NCBI GenBank assembly: GCA_018712435.1
Contig: DVGZ01000052.1
Location: forward strand, 17,504 to 81,503
Source of the DNA: Candidatus Caccousia avicola
GTDB taxonomy: Bacteria > Bacillota > Clostridia > Oscillospirales > Acutalibacteraceae
DNA length: 64,000 bases
Direction of reading: 5' to 3'
How positions within the stretch are numbered: the stretch's first letter is position 1; every line of letters begins with the position of its first letter. Position numbers and translations under genes: made by a program. The notes below the pieces were generated by a model that was given only the letters and a program-made list of their open reading frames with translations, was not told the origin of the DNA and made no database searches. Positions 35,863 through 45,527 of the stretch are shown in pieces.

Positions 35863-36798
35863 TCAGCAGCTCGCGCCGCCAACCGTTACCTGCTCCAGGA
35901 TTTCTTCCTTGCGCTTGAGCAGATTGTCGGAAATCAGCATCTTTTCCACCTTTTCAACGCCGAGACGGTCCACCGTGCTGCCGAAGCGCTCGCCTGTCTC
36001 GCCCTTGCTCTTGAAGAGCAGGATGGCCTTCTCCACCACGTCCAGCACTTCCTCGCGCGTGAACAGACGGTTCAGCGGCGTGCCGACGCGCGTCTTTTTG
36101 CCCCAGCGGCCGCCGACATAGACCTTATACAGGGTCTCCGTCTCCTCCATCGCGCCGAACGGGCACGCCTTCAGGCAGCGGCCGCAGTTGTTGCAGATCT
36201 CGCTGTCGAACACCGGCTTGCCGCTTTCCACGGCGACGCACTTCATCGGGCAGCCGGACTCCACGGCGCACTTGGCGCAGGAGCGGCATTTTTCGGGGTT
36301 GAACTTCGGCACGCGCTGGCCGACGATGCCCAGATCGTTGAGGTCGGGCTTCATGCAGTTGTTCGGGCAGCCGCCGACCGCGATCTTGAACTTGTGCGGC
36401 AGCGTCACACCGGCATAGCCGACATAGAAGCGATCGTGGATCTCCTTGGCCAGCGCCTGGGTGTCGTACAGGCCGAACACGCAGGTCGTGCCCTTACAGG
36501 CCACGACGGGACGCACGCGCGAGCCGGTTCCGCCCGTCACCATGCCCTCCTGCGCCACATAGGCCTTGAATTCCTCGATCTTCTCAAAGGGGATGCCGGG
36601 CAGCTCCACCGTCAGGCGGGAAGTGAAGGTCAGCGTGCCGTTGCCGAACTTCGCGGCGGCTTCGCTCAGGCAGCGCATCTGCGCCGCGGTCAGCACGCCG
36701 TTCTCGGTGATAATGCGGCCCGAAAAATTGTCGGTGCCGCGGTTGAGCAGAAAGCCCTGGCCCTTCACGCGCTTGATCTCATTGGGGGAAACAGACAT
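35863..36798 (-). CDS. Sulfite-reductase-like siroheme/4Fe-4S protein with inserted ferredoxin domain (AsrC-like), 311 aa
   Basis: Starts MSVSPNEIKRVKGQGF after GGAGG. Nitrite/sulfite-reductase-type Cys motifs (CKGTTCVFG, GGCPNNCMKP) plus two CxxCxxCxxxCP clusters. The tracked ORF's 128-codon N-terminal extension is rejected. Confidence 0.7.
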   Translation of the reverse strand: MSVSPNEIKRVKGQGFLLNRGTDNFSGRIITENGVLTAAQMRCLSEAAAKFGNGTLTFTSRLTVELPGIPFEKIEEFKAYVAQEGMVTGGTGSRVRPVVACKGTTCVFGLYDTQALAKEIHDRFYVGYAGVTLPHKFKIAVGGCPNNCMKPDLNDLGIVGQRVPKFNPEKCRSCAKCAVESGCPMKCVAVESGKPVFDSEICNNCGRCLKACPFGAMEETETLYKVYVGGRWGKKTRVGTPLNRLFTREEVLDVVEKAILLFKSKGETGERFGSTVDRLGVEKVEKMLISDNLLKRKEEILEQVTVGGASC

Positions 36799-36913
36799 TG
36801 GATAATACCTCCATCCATAAAATACGCAGGAGGCCGCCCCTCCGAAGGCGGCTTCTTGCAAAGCGGGAAAATTTCGTGTATCGTAAGAAGGGAAGCCCCT
36901 TCCGGGATATGGC

Positions 36914-38590
36914 TTACTTCGTGCCGTAGCAGGGATGCTCCATCGCCTTCTGCTCCTTGACGACCAGGCTGTAGAAGCGATAGCCGCCGGTGAGATTCCA
37001 GCAATCGAAGCCGTAGCCCGCGAGAATCCGGCACGCGATATAGCTGCGCAGACCGCTCTGGCAATGCACATAAATCGGTTTCTTCGGATCCAGCTCGCTG
37101 ATATGCTCGCGCAGCTCGTCCACCGGGATGCCGATGAAGCCCTCGATGGCTCCGTTCTCGCGCTCGGCGGGAGTGCGCACATCCAGCAGCGTCACGCTGC
37201 CGTCGCGCGGCAGGGAAGCGACCTCGTCCCAGTGGAAGGCCTTGATCTTGCCGGTTCGGACGTTTTCGATCGCATAGCCCGCATAGTTGACAGGATCCTT
37301 CGCGGAGCCGAACGGCGGGGCGTAGCAAAGCTCCAGCTCCGTCAGGTCGGACGCGGTCATCCCGGCGCGGATTGCCACAGCCAGCACGTCGCAGCGCTTG
37401 TCCACTCCATCGTAGCCGATGAGCTGCGCGCCGAGCAGGCGGCCCGTCTTTTTCTCATAGAGCACCTTCATCGAAATGCCGTGCGCGCCCGGATAATAGG
37501 AGGCGTGGGACTGATTGAAGGTATACATTTTGTCGTAGTCCAGACCGGCTGCTTTGGCGGCACGCTCGTTCACGCCCGTCATGGCGATGGTCATATCAAA
37601 CAGCTTGAGCACCGAGGAGCCCTGCGTCTGCTTGTACTCGCTCGGGATACCGCAGATGTTGTCCGCGGCAATGCGCCCCTGCTTGTTGGCCGGGCCCGCC
37701 AGCGGGACATAGGCCTTCTGCTTGGTGACGAAATCCGTCACCTCCACCGCGTCGCCCACGGCGTAAATGTCCGGGTTCGAGGTGAGCATGTGGGAGTCCA
37801 CCAGGATCGCGCCGCGCGCGTTCAGTTCCAGCCCGGCCTGCTTGGCCAGCACGGTGTCGGGACGCACGCCCACGGACAGGATCACCATGTCCGTCTCGAT
37901 GGATCCGTCGTTCAGCTTCACCGTGATTTTGCCGCCGTTGTCCTCAATCGCCGTCACGCCGTTTTGCAGCACGAGATTCAGCCCCTGGCTTCTGGCGTAC
38001 TGGTGTACCTCGCAGGCCATATCGTAGTCCAGCGGGGCGATCAGGTGGTCGCTCAGCTCCACAATCGTCGTCTCCACGCCTGCTTTTTTCAGGTTTTCCG
38101 CCATCTCCACGCCGATGTAGCCGCCGCCGATCACCACGGCGCTGTCGGGGAATTCCTCCTCCACATATTCGCGGATGCGCTCGGTGTCCGGGATGCTGCG
38201 CAGGGTAAAGACGCGGCTGCCGTCCGCGCCCGGAAGCGGCGGAACGATCGGGGCCGCGCCGGGGGAAAGGATCAGCTTGTCGTAGGCTTCCGTATATTCG
38301 CCCTCCGCCGTGCGGACGGTGACGGTTTTCGCCGCGGGGTCGATCGACGTCACCTCATTGTTGACGCGGACCTCCACGTTGAAGCGGGATTTGAAGCTCT
38401 GCGGCGTTTGCAGCGTCAGAGCGGATTTCTTCTTAATCTCCCCGCCGATGTAATACGGCAGGCCGCAGTTTGCGAACGAGATATACGGCCCGCGTTCCAA
38501 TACGATAATTTCCGCCTTCTCGTCCAGCCTGCGCAGACGCGCCGCCGCGGATGCTCCGCCGGCCACGCCGCCGACAATCACTACCTTCAT
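36914..38590 (-). CDS. CoA-disulfide reductase / NAD(FAD)-dependent persulfide reductase with C-terminal rhodanese domain (558 aa)
   Basis: Starts MKVVIVGGVAGGASAA (FAD fold) after AAGGAGG. Redox Cys context SFANCGLPYYIGG. C-terminal rhodanese active-site loop VHCQSGLRS. Confidence 0.85.
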   Translation of the reverse strand: MKVVIVGGVAGGASAAARLRRLDEKAEIIVLERGPYISFANCGLPYYIGGEIKKKSALTLQTPQSFKSRFNVEVRVNNEVTSIDPAAKTVTVRTAEGEYTEAYDKLILSPGAAPIVPPLPGADGSRVFTLRSIPDTERIREYVEEEFPDSAVVIGGGYIGVEMAENLKKAGVETTIVELSDHLIAPLDYDMACEVHQYARSQGLNLVLQNGVTAIEDNGGKITVKLNDGSIETDMVILSVGVRPDTVLAKQAGLELNARGAILVDSHMLTSNPDIYAVGDAVEVTDFVTKQKAYVPLAGPANKQGRIAADNICGIPSEYKQTQGSSVLKLFDMTIAMTGVNERAAKAAGLDYDKMYTFNQSHASYYPGAHGISMKVLYEKKTGRLLGAQLIGYDGVDKRCDVLAVAIRAGMTASDLTELELCYAPPFGSAKDPVNYAGYAIENVRTGKIKAFHWDEVASLPRDGSVTLLDVRTPAERENGAIEGFIGIPVDELREHISELDPKKPIYVHCQSGLRSYIACRILAGYGFDCWNLTGGYRFYSLVVKEQKAMEHPCYGTK

Positions 38591-38736
38591 GAGAAAAGCC
38601 TCCTTTTTTATAGGGCTTCCATCCCGAAGCCCCCTGATTTCTCTTACCATAAGAGTACCATCTTTTCATGTTTTTGTAAAACGAAAACCGCAAAGATTAT
38701 CAATTCGTTCACAGAGTGACAGAAAGGAGGGTTCGG

Positions 38737-39711
38737 ATGAACCAGGATCTCTTGGACCGCCTGCGTAAAATCACCGCCGAGGAACGCGCGCTTTTGGAAA
38801 CGGGCGGCGGGATCCGCCGCGAGCGCTACTCCTCCGAGGGAGAATTTACCGTGGACAGCGACCGCGTAATCGGCCCCGGACGGCTGATGGATGTTTCCAC
38901 CCACACCCGCTTTGCTTATTTTCCACAGCACCGCCACAATTATGTGGAAATCATGTACGTCTGCGCGGGCAGCATCACCCATATTCTCAACGGGGAAAAG
39001 ACCGTGGTGCTGCGCGAGGGAGATCTGCTTTTCCTCAATCAGTCGTGCCGCCATGAGATCCTCCCGGCGGGGGAGGAGGATATCGGGGTCAACATCATTG
39101 TGCTGCCGCAGTTTTTCCACACCGCCTTTGGGATGCTGGGGAAAGGCAACAGCATGAGCGACTTTCTCCTGCACTGTCTGACGCAGGAGGATCCCGCGCC
39201 GCTGTCGCTGCAATTCCATACCGCCGGGCTGCTTCCGGTGCAGAATTTGATCGAAAACCTGATCTGGTCCGCCGTCTACCACGACGATCCGGACAGCCGT
39301 CTGAACCAGCTCACCATGGGACTGCTGCTCCAACAGCTGCTCCGGCACGCGGAACGCCTTTCCACCGACAGCGCCGGGATGGACAAAATCGTTCTGCGCG
39401 CCCTGCGCTACATCGACGACCACTACGCCGACGCGAGCCTGGAGGAATTTTCCCGCGCCGTGCACCGCCCGCTGGCGGAAATCAGCCGTGCCGTGCACCG
39501 GGAAACCGGCAGCACCTTCAAAGAGCTTTTGCAGAAAAAGCGCTTTCAGGAAGCCGCCTCCCTGCTTCAAAATACGTCGCTCCCCGTCTCGGATGTGGCC
39601 TATGCCGTCGGCTACAGCAACACCAGCTATTTTCACCGCCGTTTCCGGGAAATCTTCGGCGTGAGCCCCCGGGAATACCGCGAAATCCCCGCTTCCGATC
39701 CTCACAAATAA
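38737..39711 (+). CDS. AraC-family transcriptional regulator (cupin + HTH), likely the rhamnose-operon regulator
   Basis: ATG after GAAAGGAGGG. Cupin region (HRHNYVEIMYV). C-terminal AraC HTH (GYSNTSYFHRRFREIFGVSPREYR). Lies directly upstream of rhaBAD. Confidence 0.8.
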   Translation: MNQDLLDRLRKITAEERALLETGGGIRRERYSSEGEFTVDSDRVIGPGRLMDVSTHTRFAYFPQHRHNYVEIMYVCAGSITHILNGEKTVVLREGDLLFLNQSCRHEILPAGEEDIGVNIIVLPQFFHTAFGMLGKGNSMSDFLLHCLTQEDPAPLSLQFHTAGLLPVQNLIENLIWSAVYHDDPDSRLNQLTMGLLLQQLLRHAERLSTDSAGMDKIVLRALRYIDDHYADASLEEFSRAVHRPLAEISRAVHRETGSTFKELLQKKRFQEAASLLQNTSLPVSDVAYAVGYSNTSYFHRRFREIFGVSPREYREIPASDPHK

Positions 39712-39746
39712 GGACGCTGTTTTTTCAAGCAGCGTCCTTTTTTTCT
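39710..39746 (+). terminator. Intrinsic terminator after the AraC regulator
   Basis: 10-bp stem AAGGACGCTG/CAGCGTCCTT, then TTTTTT. Confidence 0.8.
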
Positions 39747-39830
39747 TGTCTCTCCCCGTTTACAATGGAAGCAGGAACCGGAGCGGGAAACGCCCGCGCC
39801 GCCCGCCCGTAAGGCGGAGAAGGGAGAGGA

Positions 39831-41234
39831 ATGATGGAACGGTATTATCTGGCGGTCGATATCGGCGCGTCCAGCGGAAAAATGGTACTGGGTTGGATGG
39901 AAGGGGAAACACTCCGCACCCAAGAGGTGTGGCGCTTTCCCAACGGGGCTCAAAAAGTAAACGGCCGCCGCTGCTGGGATCCCGACGCACTGTTCCGGGA
40001 GATTTGCGCGGGACTGCGCCGCTGTGCGGAGATCGGAAAAATCCCGTCGAGCATGGGTGTGGACACCTGGGGCGTTGATTTTGTCCTGCTCGACGCAAAA
40101 GGAAACCGGCTGGGCGACGCTGTGGCCTACCGCGACAGCCGCACCGCCGGGATGGACGAGGTTCTGCGCTCGTATCTCTCCGAGGAGGAGCTGTACGCGC
40201 GCACGGGAATTCAGAAGCAGATCTTCAACACCATTTATCAGCTGATGGCTGTGAAAACGCAGGAGCCCGAGCTGCTTGAACAGGCGGAGCATCTGCTGAT
40301 GATCCCCGACTACCTGCATTACCTGCTGACGGGAAACATGGCGATGGAATACACCAACGCCAGCACCACCCAGCTGCTTGACGCGAAGACGCGCTCCTGG
40401 GATTTCGAGCTGATCGATCGGCTCGGCCTGCCGCGCCGGATCTTCTCCGAACCGAAGCAGCCCGGCTTTGTGCTCGGTTCTCTGCGTCCGGAGCTTCAAA
40501 CGGAACTCGGCTTTGACTGCCGCGTGGTTCTTCCGCCCACACACGACACCGGCTCCGCCGTGCTGGCTGTCCCGGCGCAGGAGGAGGATTTCCTGTTCCT
40601 CAGCTCGGGCACCTGGTCGCTCTTCGGCATGGAGCGCCGCGAAGCGGACTGCTCCGAAGCCAGCCGCCTGGCCAACCTGACCAACGAGGGCGGATTCGGC
40701 GGCACCATCCGTTATCTGAAAAACATCATGGGACTCTGGATGCTGCAATCCATCCGCGCGGAGCTGGGGGACGAATATGACTTTGCCCGACTGTGCAGTG
40801 AGGCCGAGGCCGTTGGAGAATTCCCCGCGCAGATCGACGTGGACGATTCCTCCTTCCTCGCCCCGCAGAGCATGATTGAAGCGGTACGCGGCTACTGCAC
40901 CCGCACCGGCCAGCCGGTGCCGCAGTCGCCGGGAGAACTGGCTTCCTGCGTTTACCATGGACTGGCGCGGCGCTACCACGACGCGGTGCGGGAGTTGGAA
41001 ACCCTCACCGGGAAAACGTGCCCGCGCTTGTACATCGTGGGCGGCGGCAGCAAAGACGATTACCTGAACCGCCTGACCGCCCGCGCCACGGGCAAGGAGG
41101 TCTGGACCGGCCCCTCCGAAGGGACGGCGGCGGGCAACCTGCTCGCTCAGATGATCGCGGACGGCGTGTTTGCAGACGCGGCTCAGGCGCGCGCCGCTGT
41201 GCGCCGATCCTTCCCCATCGGAACAGTTCAATAA
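39831..41234 (+). CDS. rhaB: Rhamnulokinase
   Basis: N-terminus YYLAVDIGASSGKMVLGW (FGGY kinase) and overall RhaB-like sequence. RBS GGGAGAGGA. Confidence 0.9.
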   Translation: MMERYYLAVDIGASSGKMVLGWMEGETLRTQEVWRFPNGAQKVNGRRCWDPDALFREICAGLRRCAEIGKIPSSMGVDTWGVDFVLLDAKGNRLGDAVAYRDSRTAGMDEVLRSYLSEEELYARTGIQKQIFNTIYQLMAVKTQEPELLEQAEHLLMIPDYLHYLLTGNMAMEYTNASTTQLLDAKTRSWDFELIDRLGLPRRIFSEPKQPGFVLGSLRPELQTELGFDCRVVLPPTHDTGSAVLAVPAQEEDFLFLSSGTWSLFGMERREADCSEASRLANLTNEGGFGGTIRYLKNIMGLWMLQSIRAELGDEYDFARLCSEAEAVGEFPAQIDVDDSSFLAPQSMIEAVRGYCTRTGQPVPQSPGELASCVYHGLARRYHDAVRELETLTGKTCPRLYIVGGGSKDDYLNRLTARATGKEVWTGPSEGTAAGNLLAQMIADGVFADAAQARAAVRRSFPIGTVQ

Positions 41235-41278
41235 AAACGAAAATGGATACAGACGACACATGAAGGAGGTATTTTCCT

Positions 41279-42523
41279 ATGAAAAGCTATGAGGAAGCAA
41301 AAGAACGGTACGCCGCCCTGGGAAGCGACACGGAAGAAGCCATGAAGCGGCTGGCGTCCATCAAAATTTCCATGCACTGCTGGCAGGGTGACGACGTGAA
41401 AGGCTTTCTGTTCCGCGATCGGGATCTCTCCGGCGGCATTCAGGCCACGGGCAACTATCCCGGAGCGGCCCGCACGCCGGACGAGCTGCGCGCCGACATG
41501 GACAAGGCCTTCTCCCTCATCCCCGGCAAACACAAGGTCAATCTGCACTCCACCTACGCGGACACGGAGGAATCCATCGATCTGGACGCGATCGAGCCGC
41601 GCCACTACGCTTCGTGGGTCCAGTGGGCCAAAGAGCACGGTCTGGGCCTGGACTTCAACCCCACCTGCTTCTCCCACGAGAAGGCCGAGAGCGGCTACAC
41701 CCTTTCGAGCGCGGACGAGGGAATCCGCCGTTTCTGGATCGAGCACTGCCGCCGCAGCCGCCGCGTGGGCGAATATTTCGGAAAAGAGCTGGGACAGAAA
41801 TGCGTCACAAACGTCTGGATCCCGGACGGCAGCAAGGATGTTCCGGTGGACCGCTACGCGCCGCGCCTGCGCCTGAAGGAATCGCTCGATGAAATCTTCG
41901 CCGAAAAGCTGGATCCCGCCGCCAACCTTGACGCGGTGGAAAGCAAGCTGTTCGGCATCGGCTCGGAAAGCTATGTTGTCGGCTCGCACGAATTCTACAT
42001 GGGCTACGCGATGAAGAACAACGTCGCCGTCTGCCTGGACGCGGGTCATTTCCACCCCACGGAGGTCATCAGCAACAAACTCTCCTCCCTGCTCCTGTTC
42101 AGCGACGAGATGCTGCTGCACGTCTCCCGCCCCGTGCGCTGGGACAGCGACCACGTCGTGGCGCTCGACGATGAATTGCAGGAGATCGCCAACGAGGTGA
42201 TCCGCAACGGCCTTGCGGACCGCATCCACATCGGTCTGGATTTCTTTGACGCGAGCATCAACCGCGTGGCCGCCTGGGTTATCGGTATGCGCAACATGCA
42301 GAAGGCGCTGCTGCGCGCCCTTCTGGAGCCCACCGCCGTCATGAAGCAGCTGGAGCTCGATGGCGACTACACCGCACGCCTCGCGTATCTGGAAGAAATG
42401 AAAGCCATGCCGTGGCAGGCTGTCTGGGACGAGTTCTGCGAGCGTCAAGGTGTTCCGACTGGCCTTGCGTGGCTGGACGAGGTACGCGGCTACGAAGCAA
42501 ACATCCTGGCCGAGAGAGTTTGA
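41279..42523 (+). CDS. rhaA: L-rhamnose isomerase
   Basis: N-terminus [37 protein letters not shown] is characteristic of RhaA. RBS GAAGGAGG. Confidence 0.95.
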   Translation: MKSYEEAKERYAALGSDTEEAMKRLASIKISMHCWQGDDVKGFLFRDRDLSGGIQATGNYPGAARTPDELRADMDKAFSLIPGKHKVNLHSTYADTEESIDLDAIEPRHYASWVQWAKEHGLGLDFNPTCFSHEKAESGYTLSSADEGIRRFWIEHCRRSRRVGEYFGKELGQKCVTNVWIPDGSKDVPVDRYAPRLRLKESLDEIFAEKLDPAANLDAVESKLFGIGSESYVVGSHEFYMGYAMKNNVAVCLDAGHFHPTEVISNKLSSLLLFSDEMLLHVSRPVRWDSDHVVALDDELQEIANEVIRNGLADRIHIGLDFFDASINRVAAWVIGMRNMQKALLRALLEPTAVMKQLELDGDYTARLAYLEEMKAMPWQAVWDEFCERQGVPTGLAWLDEVRGYEANILAERV

Positions 42524-42538
42524 GAGGAGATCATCACC

Positions 42539-43354
42539 ATGAACAATATCTTTGAAGCGCCCTTTGTGCGTGAAATGTGCCATATCACCGCCAACATGTA
42601 CCGCATGGGCTGGGATGAGCGCAACGGCGGCAACATCAGCTGGCTCCTCGAAAAGGAAGCCGTGGAGCAGTATCTTGACCCCGCCGCCGTACTCCGCACC
42701 CTGCCGCTGAGCTTCGACGCTTCCGCTCTGGCGGGCCGTTATCTGATTGTGACCGGCACCGGCCGCTATTTCCGCAACGTTGAGCGCTGCCCGCAGGACA
42801 ACATGGGCGTGATCCGCATCGGCGCGGACGGGAAATCGTACGACATCCTTTGGGGATTTGAGCACGGCGGCCGCCCGACGAGCGAGCTTCCCACCCATCT
42901 GATGAACCACATCGCCCGCCTGGAAGCGGATCCGCAGCACCGCGTCGTCATGCACTGCCACCCGGCGAATATCCTCGCGATGACCTACGTTCACGACCTC
43001 GACGACCGGGCGTTCACCAAGACGCTGTGGCAGATGTGCACCGAGTGCATCGTGGTGTTCCCGGAGGGCGTCTCCGTGCTGCCATGGATGGTCTGCGGCA
43101 CCAACGCGATCGGGGAAGCCACGGCGGAAAAGATCCGCGACACGCGCGTTGTCCTCTGGGCCGCGCACGGCATCTTCGGCACCGGCCGCGATATGGACGA
43201 GACCTTCGGGCTGATTGAGACAGTCGAAAAGGCCGCTGAGATCTACATCAAGATCCAGAACGTCCCGTGGAAGCAGTCGATCACAGACGCGGAGCTGGCC
43301 GCTCTGTGCGAGGAATTTGGCCTGACCCCCCGCGCCGGTTATCTCGACGTGTAA
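42539..43354 (+). CDS. rhaD: Rhamnulose-1-phosphate aldolase
   Basis: N-terminal motif MYRMGWDERNGGNIS and class II aldolase His residues. RBS GAGAGGAG. Confidence 0.9.
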   Translation: MNNIFEAPFVREMCHITANMYRMGWDERNGGNISWLLEKEAVEQYLDPAAVLRTLPLSFDASALAGRYLIVTGTGRYFRNVERCPQDNMGVIRIGADGKSYDILWGFEHGGRPTSELPTHLMNHIARLEADPQHRVVMHCHPANILAMTYVHDLDDRAFTKTLWQMCTECIVVFPEGVSVLPWMVCGTNAIGEATAEKIRDTRVVLWAAHGIFGTGRDMDETFGLIETVEKAAEIYIKIQNVPWKQSITDAELAALCEEFGLTPRAGYLDV

Positions 43355-43406
43355 TGCTTCCGTTTGTGTGTTTTTCTCCCATTTAGAAAGAAATCGAAAG
43401 AAAGTA

Positions 43407-43435
43407 TTGACGGGATCTCAAAACAGGTGTACGAT
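43407..43435 (+). promoter_or_regulatory. Candidate internal promoter for the beta-helix gene
   Basis: TTGACG, 17 nt, TACGAT, 88 nt upstream of the ATG. The leader contains an 8-bp hairpin AAGGGCGG/CCGCCCTT. Confidence 0.5.
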
Positions 43436-43523
43436 CAGCCTTAGAAAGGGCGGATTGGACAAAGGGCCGCTCCGCCCTTCTTGCATACGCCGCCTGGAGC
43501 GGCAGCAATGGGAGGAGAAAACA

Positions 43524-45509
43524 ATGATTCTTTATGTCAACGCAAACGCGGGCCGTGACGGAAACGGCTCGAAGGAAATGCCCTTCCGCCGCATCGGTGA
43601 CGCAGCGCGGATCGCACAGCCCGGCGACGAGGTTCTGGTCGCCCCCGGCGTGTACCGCGAATACGTCGACCCGCAGAACGCCGGCACGCCCGACGCGCGC
43701 ATTACCTACCGCAGCACGGAGCCGCTGGGCGCGGTGATCACCGGCGCGGAGGAGGTCAAAAGCTGGAAGCCGTACAAGGGGAACGTGTGGGTCTGCCGCA
43801 TTGATAACACCATTTTTGGCGGCTACAACCCCTACACCACCTATGTCTACGGCGACTGGTATTTTGCCGGAAAGAGCAAGCACACCGGCGCGGTGTACCT
43901 GAACGACAAAATGCTCTATGAGGCGGCATCGCTCGACGCCTGCATCGAGGGTGCGGTCTGGGAGTACTCCTGGGAGCCGGAAGCCTCCGTTTACAAATGG
44001 TACGCGGAGCAGGACGGCGGAGAAACCGTCATCTATGGAAACTTCCAGGGCAAGAACCCGAACGAGGAGAACGTGGAGATCAACGTGCGCCGCGAGTGCT
44101 TCATGCCCTCGAAAACCGGCGTGGGCTACATCACCGTGAACGGCTTCTCCATCTGCAAGGCGGCCACGACGTGGGCTCCGCCCGCCGCATACCAGGACGG
44201 CATGATCGGCCCGCACTGGTCCAAGGGCTGGATCATTGAGGACTGCGAGATCAGCAACAGCAAATGCGCCGGTATCTCGCTGGGCAAATACCTCGACCCG
44301 GACAACGACCATTACTTCACCGTGAAGCATGTAAAAAGCCCGACGCAGATGGAGCGCGACGCGGTGTGCCGCGGACAGTATCACGGCTGGCTCAAAGAGA
44401 AGGTGGGAAGCCACATCGTGCGCCGCTGCAACATCCACAATTGCGAGCAGGGCGGCATCATCGGCCGCATGGGCGCGGTGTTCTCCGTGATTGAGGACAA
44501 CCACATTCACCACATCAACAACATGATGGAGCTTGGCGGCGCGGAGATCGCGGGCATCAAGCTGCATGCCGCGATCGACGTGACATTCCGCCGCAATTAC
44601 ATCCACCACAGCACCATGGGCATCTGGTGCGACTGGGAAGCCCAGGGCACGCGCATCACGCAGAACCTCATGCACGACAACCAGCGTCCCGAATTCGCCA
44701 AGCCGCTCAAAGGCGGCATGATGAGCCAGGATATCTTCGTGGAGGTCGGCCACGGCCCCACGCTGATTGACAACAACATTCTGCTGTCGGACGCTTCCCT
44801 GCGCATCGCGACTGAGGGCGTGGCCATGGTGCACAACCTGATCTGCGGCTCCTTCACCTGCGTGGGCGGCGGCACGGGCACGCGCTACACGCCGTACCAC
44901 ATCCCGCACCGCACGGAGGTTATGGGCTTCATGACGATCCTGCACGGTGACGACCGCTTCTACAACAACATCTTTGTCCAGAAATGGCCGTCCGCTCCTT
45001 ACGTCACCCTGCGCGACAGCAGCGAGGGACAGGACGAGGACAACCGCGAGGTCGGCACGCATGTGTTTGACGAATACCCCACCTACGACGAGTGGATTGC
45101 GATGTTCGACATGGACACCGACGTTCCCGACATGATGAAGCTGGCTCCCGCCCACGAAAGCCATCTGCCCGTTTGGGTGAAGGGCAACGCCTACTTTGCC
45201 GGGGCGAAGGCATACAAAAACGAAACGGACCATCTGGTTGACGACAGTCACGAGGTTCGCGTGGAGCTGGCTTTCCGCGACGGCAAGCCCGTTCTCGAAA
45301 CCAACCTGTATGAATACCTGAAGGAATACCGTACCGGCATGGTGAACAGCGATATCCTCGGCTATGCCTTTGAACCGGAGGAGCGCTTTGAGAATCCGGA
45401 CGGCACAGAGATCGTGTTCGACCGCGACTACTTCGGCGGTCACCGCGGTATCGGCGTACTGCCCGGCCCGTTTGCCGGCGCGCAGGACGCAGAAAAACCG
45501 CTCTGGTAA
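43524..45509 (+). CDS. Right-handed parallel beta-helix repeat protein (DUF1565-type N-terminus), putative glycoside hydrolase or lyase, cytoplasmic (661 aa)
   Basis: Starts MILYVNANAGRDGNGSKEMPFRRIGDAARIAQPGDEVLVAPGVY (DUF1565-like) after GGAGGAG. Later beta-helix repeats (NCEQGGIIG, IHHSTMGIWCDW). No signal peptide. Confidence 0.7.
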   Translation: MILYVNANAGRDGNGSKEMPFRRIGDAARIAQPGDEVLVAPGVYREYVDPQNAGTPDARITYRSTEPLGAVITGAEEVKSWKPYKGNVWVCRIDNTIFGGYNPYTTYVYGDWYFAGKSKHTGAVYLNDKMLYEAASLDACIEGAVWEYSWEPEASVYKWYAEQDGGETVIYGNFQGKNPNEENVEINVRRECFMPSKTGVGYITVNGFSICKAATTWAPPAAYQDGMIGPHWSKGWIIEDCEISNSKCAGISLGKYLDPDNDHYFTVKHVKSPTQMERDAVCRGQYHGWLKEKVGSHIVRRCNIHNCEQGGIIGRMGAVFSVIEDNHIHHINNMMELGGAEIAGIKLHAAIDVTFRRNYIHHSTMGIWCDWEAQGTRITQNLMHDNQRPEFAKPLKGGMMSQDIFVEVGHGPTLIDNNILLSDASLRIATEGVAMVHNLICGSFTCVGGGTGTRYTPYHIPHRTEVMGFMTILHGDDRFYNNIFVQKWPSAPYVTLRDSSEGQDEDNREVGTHVFDEYPTYDEWIAMFDMDTDVPDMMKLAPAHESHLPVWVKGNAYFAGAKAYKNETDHLVDDSHEVRVELAFRDGKPVLETNLYEYLKEYRTGMVNSDILGYAFEPEERFENPDGTEIVFDRDYFGGHRGIGVLPGPFAGAQDAEKPLW

Positions 45510-45527
45510 ATGTAAAGTTTTAAAACT

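Noticed and set aside
36935-38719. 594-aa + strand ORF opposite the CoA-disulfide reductase gene
   Set aside because: Antisense artefact. The minus-strand product has FAD, redox-Cys and rhodanese motifs.
41228-45443. 646-aa and 686-aa minus-strand ORFs opposite rhaA-rhaD and the beta-helix gene
   Set aside because: Both are codon-aligned antisense frames, and one bridges two sense genes. The rha genes are unambiguous.
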